DNA of 64,000 nucleotides from Escherichia coli (GTDB lineage Bacteria; Pseudomonadota; Gammaproteobacteria; Enterobacterales; Enterobacteriaceae): NCBI RefSeq assembly GCF_016903815.1, contig NZ_CP069973.1; one strand, 5' to 3'. Shown piece by piece: positions 60,050 to 64,000 of this stretch (position 1 is its first letter; each line of letters starts with the position of its first letter). The notes under the pieces were generated by a model. It saw only the letters and a program-made list of their open reading frames with translations, ran no database searches and was not told where the DNA came from. The position numbers and the translations under genes were made by a program.

Positions 60050-61294
60050 TTACTGATACACCGGCAGCAAATTAAAGCTCGATAAAATATGCACCAGTGC
60101 GTTGCCGACGCCAAATATCAGAATCAGCGCAATCATCGGCTTGCCGCCCCAGACGCGGAATTTCGGGCTGCCAAAGCGTTTACGCGATGCGCGGGCCAAC
60201 AGCGCCGGTACAATTGCCGCCCAGATAGTAGCTGCTAAGCCAGCATAGCCAATGGCGTACAGGAATCCGTTCGGGAACAGAAGTCCCCCAACAACAGGCG
60301 GGGCAAAGGTCAGCAACGCTGTTTTCAAGCGGCCCATAGCCGAGTCATCGAAACCAAACAGATCTGCCAGATAGTCAAACAAACCCAGCGTTACGCCGAG
60401 GAACGAACTCGCTACCGCAAAGTTTGAGAAGACGACCAGCAGCAGATCCAGGCTACGGCTGTTCAGCACGCCGCTTAACGCCTGTACCAGCACATCAATA
60501 TTACCGCCCTTCTCGGCGATGCCGATAAACTCCGGACGAGGGATGTTGCCCATCGTCGCCAGCAACCAGATGGTATACAGCGCCAGCGCCATCAGCGTAC
60601 CGTACACCAGGCATTTCACGATGGTTTTCGGATCTTTGCCGTAATACTTCATCAGGCTCGGCACGTTACCGTGATAACCAAACGATGCCAGACAGAATGG
60701 CAGTGTCATCAGCAGATACGGCGCATAAGACGCATTGCTTTCGGCGACGTTGAACAATGTCGCAGGCTGTACATGCCCCAGCAGGCTGCCGAAGGTGAGG
60801 AAGAAAGTAATGACTTTCGCCCCCAGCACAATTGCTGTCATCCGGCTGACAGCTTTCGTACTCAACCACACCACGAACGCTACCAGCAGTGCAAAACCAA
60901 ATCCAGCTGCCCGTGCAGGGACGTTCAGCGACATCTCCGCGAAGGTGTGATGCAGAATCGAACCGCTGGCAGAAATATAGGCGTAAGTCAGGATATAGAG
61001 CACAAAGGCAATGGAAATGCCGTTGACTACGTTCCAGCCTTTGCCCAGCAAATCTTTGGTGATGGTGTCAAAGCTAGAACCGATTCGATAATTCAGGTTA
61101 GCTTCCAGAATCATCAAGCCGGAATGCAGCATACAGAACCAGGTAAAGATCAGCGCCGCCATTGACCAGAAGAACCACGCCCCGGACATGACCACAGGCA
61201 GAGAAAACATCCCTGCGCCAATAATGGTGCCGCCGATGATCACCACGCCGCCAAGCAGCGACGGTGACGTTTGGGTGGTGGTTAGTGTTGCCAT
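60050..61294 (-). CDS. mtr: tryptophan-specific permease
   Basis: 414-aa [62 protein letters not shown]... Confidence 0.93.
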   Translation of the reverse strand: MATLTTTQTSPSLLGGVVIIGGTIIGAGMFSLPVVMSGAWFFWSMAALIFTWFCMLHSGLMILEANLNYRIGSSFDTITKDLLGKGWNVVNGISIAFVLYILTYAYISASGSILHHTFAEMSLNVPARAAGFGFALLVAFVVWLSTKAVSRMTAIVLGAKVITFFLTFGSLLGHVQPATLFNVAESNASYAPYLLMTLPFCLASFGYHGNVPSLMKYYGKDPKTIVKCLVYGTLMALALYTIWLLATMGNIPRPEFIGIAEKGGNIDVLVQALSGVLNSRSLDLLLVVFSNFAVASSFLGVTLGLFDYLADLFGFDDSAMGRLKTALLTFAPPVVGGLLFPNGFLYAIGYAGLAATIWAAIVPALLARASRKRFGSPKFRVWGGKPMIALILIFGVGNALVHILSSFNLLPVYQ

Positions 61295-61339
61295 GAGGGC
61301 TTCTCTCCAGTGAAAAATAGTGCGACTGCGTTGTTATGC

Positions 61340-61370
61340 ACTGCACTGTACCAGTACACGAGTACAAAAG
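61340..61370 (-). promoter_or_regulatory. candidate TrpR operator-like palindromes in mtr promoter
   Basis: gtactcgtgtactggtacagtgcag on mtr strand (GTAC...AGTAC symmetry); mtr remembered as TrpR-repressed; not aligned to a matrix. Confidence 0.4.
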
Positions 61371-61373
61371 ACA

Positions 61374-61405
61374 GAAAAAAAGCCCCGATGGTAAAAATCG
61401 GGGCT
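61374..61405 (-). terminator. intrinsic terminator of deaD (lies within mtr upstream region)
   Basis: Minus-strand agccccgat-ttttacc-atcggggct hairpin followed by seven T. Confidence 0.8.
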
Positions 61406-61422
61406 GTATATATTATTTTACA
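61405..61422. promoter_or_regulatory. TyrR-box-like sequence upstream of mtr
   Basis: tgtata-tattat-tttaca fits TGTAAA-N6-TTTACA with one mismatch in the left half. Confidence 0.5.
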
Positions 61423-61447
61423 GATTGTGTTCGCTGTTTAGCGAAGA

Positions 61448-63337
61448 TTACGCATCACCACCGAAACGACGACGACCGGTAGAGTCATCACGACGCGGAG
61501 CGCGGCCTTCACGACGTTCGCCGCTAAAACGACGACCATCACCACGACCACCTTCACGGCGTTCACCGCTGAAGTTACGACCGCCTTCACGACGTTCGCC
61601 ACCGAAACCACGACCACCGCCACGACGCTCACCGCCAGTATGCGGCTGTGCATCGCCCAGTAACTGCATGTTCATCGGCTTGTTGAGAATGCGAGTGCGC
61701 GTAAAGTGTTGCAGCACTTCACCCGGCATACCTTTCGGCAGTTCGATGGTGGAGTGAGAAGCAAACAGCTTGATGTTACCAATGTAACGGCTGCTGATGT
61801 CACCTTCGTTAGCAATCGCGCCAACGATATGACGAACTTCAACACCATCATCGCGGCCCACTTCAATGCGGTACAGCTGCATATCGCCAACATCACGACG
61901 TTCACGACGCGGACGATCTTCACGGTCACCACGCGGGCCACGGTCGTTACGATCGCGCGGACCACGATCATCACGGTCACGGAATTCACGTTTCGGACGC
62001 ATCGGCGCATCTGGCGGAACAATCAGAGTACGTTCACCCTGTGCCATTTTCAGCAGTGCGGCGGCCAGAGTTTCGAGATCCAGCTCTTCACCTTCTGCCG
62101 TCGGCTGAATTTTGCTCAGCAGTGCACGGTATTGATCCAGATCGCTGCTTTCCAGCTGCTGCTGTACTTTAGCGGCGAATTTTTCCAGACGACGTTTGCC
62201 CAGCAGTTCTGCGTTCGGCAGTTCAACTTCCGGAATGGTCAGCTTCATGGTGCGTTCAATGTTACGCAGCAGACGACGCTCACGGTTCTCAACGAACAGC
62301 AGCGCACGGCCAGCACGGCCCGCACGACCGGTACGACCGATACGGTGAACGTAAGACTCAGAATCCATCGGGATATCGTAGTTAACCACCAGGCTGATAC
62401 GCTCAACGTCCAGGCCACGGGCCGCAACGTCGGTCGCAATCAGGATGTCCAGACGACCGTCTTTCAGGCGTTCCAGAGTCTGTTCACGCAGCGCCTGGTT
62501 CATGTCACCGTTCAGCGCGGCGCTGTTGTAGCCGTTACGCTCAAGAGCTTCAGCCACTTCCAGAGTCGCATTTTTGGTACGAACGAAGATAATCGCCGCA
62601 TCAAAATCTTCCGCTTCCAGGAAACGTACCAGTGCTTCGTTTTTACGCATACCCCAGACAGTCCAGTAGCTCTGGCTGATGTCAGGACGGGTAGTCACGC
62701 TGGACTGAATGCGCACTTCCTGCGGCTCTTTCATAAAGCGGCGGGTAATGCGACGAATCGCTTCCGGCATGGTTGCAGAGAACAGAGCGGTCTGATGACC
62801 TTCCGGGATCTGCGCCATAATGGTTTCAACGTCTTCGATGAAGCCCATGCGCAGCATTTCGTCAGCTTCATCCAGAACCAGACCGCTCAGTTTAGAGAGG
62901 TCCAGAGTGCCACGTTTCAGGTGGTCCAGCAGACGGCCCGGAGTACCGACAACGATCTGCGGCCCCTGACGCAGGGCGCGTAATTGCACGTCATAACGCT
63001 GGCCGCCGTACAGGGCAACCACGTTTACGCCGCGCATGTGTTTAGAGAAATCCGTCATTGCTTCAGCAACCTGTACCGCCAGTTCGCGGGTCGGTGCCAG
63101 CACCAGAATCTGTGGTGCTTTCAGCTCAGGATCAAGATTCTGCAGCAGAGGTAAAGAGAATGCTGCAGTTTTTCCGCTCCCCGTCTGGGCCATACCCAGA
63201 ACGTCGCGGCCATTCAGCAGATGTGGAATACACTCTGCCTGAATTGGAGATGGTTTTTCGTAACCCAGATCGTTAAGGGCTTCAAGGATAGGAGCCTTCA
63301 GGCCCAGATCTGCAAAAGTGGTTTCGAATTCAGCCAT
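61448..63337 (-). CDS. deaD: DEAD-box ATP-dependent RNA helicase (cold-shock CsdA)
   Basis: ORF 61448..63403; [60 protein letters not shown]... DEAD and SAT motifs; 629 aa. Confidence 0.93.
61470..61650. repeat. imperfect tandem coding repeats for RG/RRE-rich DeaD C-terminal tail
   Basis: Recurring cttcacgacgttcgcc(gct/acc)(aaa/gaa)acgacgacc units; create mirror-image spurious ORFs on both strands. Confidence 0.7.
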
Positions 63338-63516
63338 GTAGTACGTGTGCCTCAAAATTAATGGCGGCCAGTCTACATAACTCATCATGAAATTGATCAG
63401 CAATTTTCATTGAAAAGTGTGAACCGGCTCAAAGTAGGTGTATTAACGAACAACAACGCCCTCACCCGTTAAGGTGATGGCAATCAAAAAAGATTACGGG
63501 CTGATGTGTACGTCAG
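63338..63516 (-). other. deaD leader / nlpI-deaD intergenic region
   Basis: 179-bp untranslated spacer between nlpI stop and deaD start; deaD remembered to have a long cold-responsive leader; promoter not located. Confidence 0.4.
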
Positions 63517-64000
63517 CTATTGCTGGTCCGATTCTGCCAGGTCATCTTGGTCCTGGCCCAGGAGCGATAATTCCAACAATGCGTATCGGTGCTCAACAAA
63601 GTTATGAACGTTGTTGGCAACCGCCAGTTTGAACAGTGCCGTGGCGCTGTCCAAATCCCCCAGACTTAGGTAGTACTTACCTAAATAGAAGTTGGTTTCA
63701 CTGAGATGCTCAGCGAGCGAGGTGTTATCCGTTGCGTCCGCCTTGAGCCTTTCCATTAACGTTTGTTCGCTAATGTTGCCCAGGTAGAACTCGACAATGT
63801 TCCATCCCCACTGTTCCTTATCCGATTTTTCGAAGTGCTGTTTCAACACTTCTTTAGCCTGCTTCTCATCGAGCTTCTGCTCGGCGAGATAAAGCCACAG
63901 ACTACGGAAAGGATCATTGGGATCGTCTTGATAAAACGCCAGCAGATCATCTTGCGCTAACTTGTCACGACCGCCGTAATATAATGCGATCCCGCGATTC
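63517..64000 (-). CDS. nlpI: TPR-repeat lipoprotein NlpI (partial; N-terminus beyond window end)
   Basis: Frame open to window edge; C-terminal ...[46 protein letters not shown]...LAESDQQ matches NlpI. Confidence 0.9.

Noticed and set aside
61425-61757. 110-aa Pro/Arg/Ser-rich plus ORF and 71-aa Val-rich minus ORF
   Set aside because: Products of the tandem repeats encoding the DeaD tail read in wrong frames or on the wrong strand.
61706-62983. 425-aa plus-strand ORF
   Set aside because: Entirely antisense to deaD, whose helicase motifs are unmistakable; long because of the gene's codon bias.

Overview
This window is a contiguous Escherichia coli chromosomal segment running uxaA (partial) to nlpI (partial), about 70 recognisable genes, almost all of them well-characterised core or catabolic loci. 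I did not find a convincing previously undescribed system; the least-explained parts are the AT-rich yhaB-yhaC island, the yqjCDEK overlapping module, and a nested inverted repeat between ubiV and yhbW. All gene identifications are from reading the translations against remembered E. coli proteins; no database search or alignment was run.

Gene order, left to right: uxaCA/exuT/exuR hexuronate genes; yqjA-mzrA-yqjCDEK-yqjF-yqjG; yhaH (split by an IS1) and yhaI; yhaJ-yhaK-yhaL; cyuPA; the tdcABCDEFG operon with tdcR; yhaB-yhaC; rnpB (RNase P RNA); the garPLRK/garD galactarate genes; the prlF-yhaV toxin-antitoxin pair; a complete agaR-kbaZ-agaVWEFA-agaS-kbaY-agaBCDI cluster; rsmI, lpoA, yraN, diaA, dolP, yraQ, yraR; yhbO/P/Q/S; ubiT-ubiU-ubiV; yhbW, mtr, deaD, nlpI.

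Strain-level features: a 768-bp IS1 copy interrupts yhaH; agaW/E/F/A are intact where K-12 carries a deletion; and agaI abuts rsmI with no yraHIJK fimbrial operon between them. These point to a non-K-12 lineage. Several REP/BIME clusters, intrinsic terminators, AgaR operator repeats and the mtr promoter boxes are also visible. No CRISPR array, tRNA or rRNA gene was seen.
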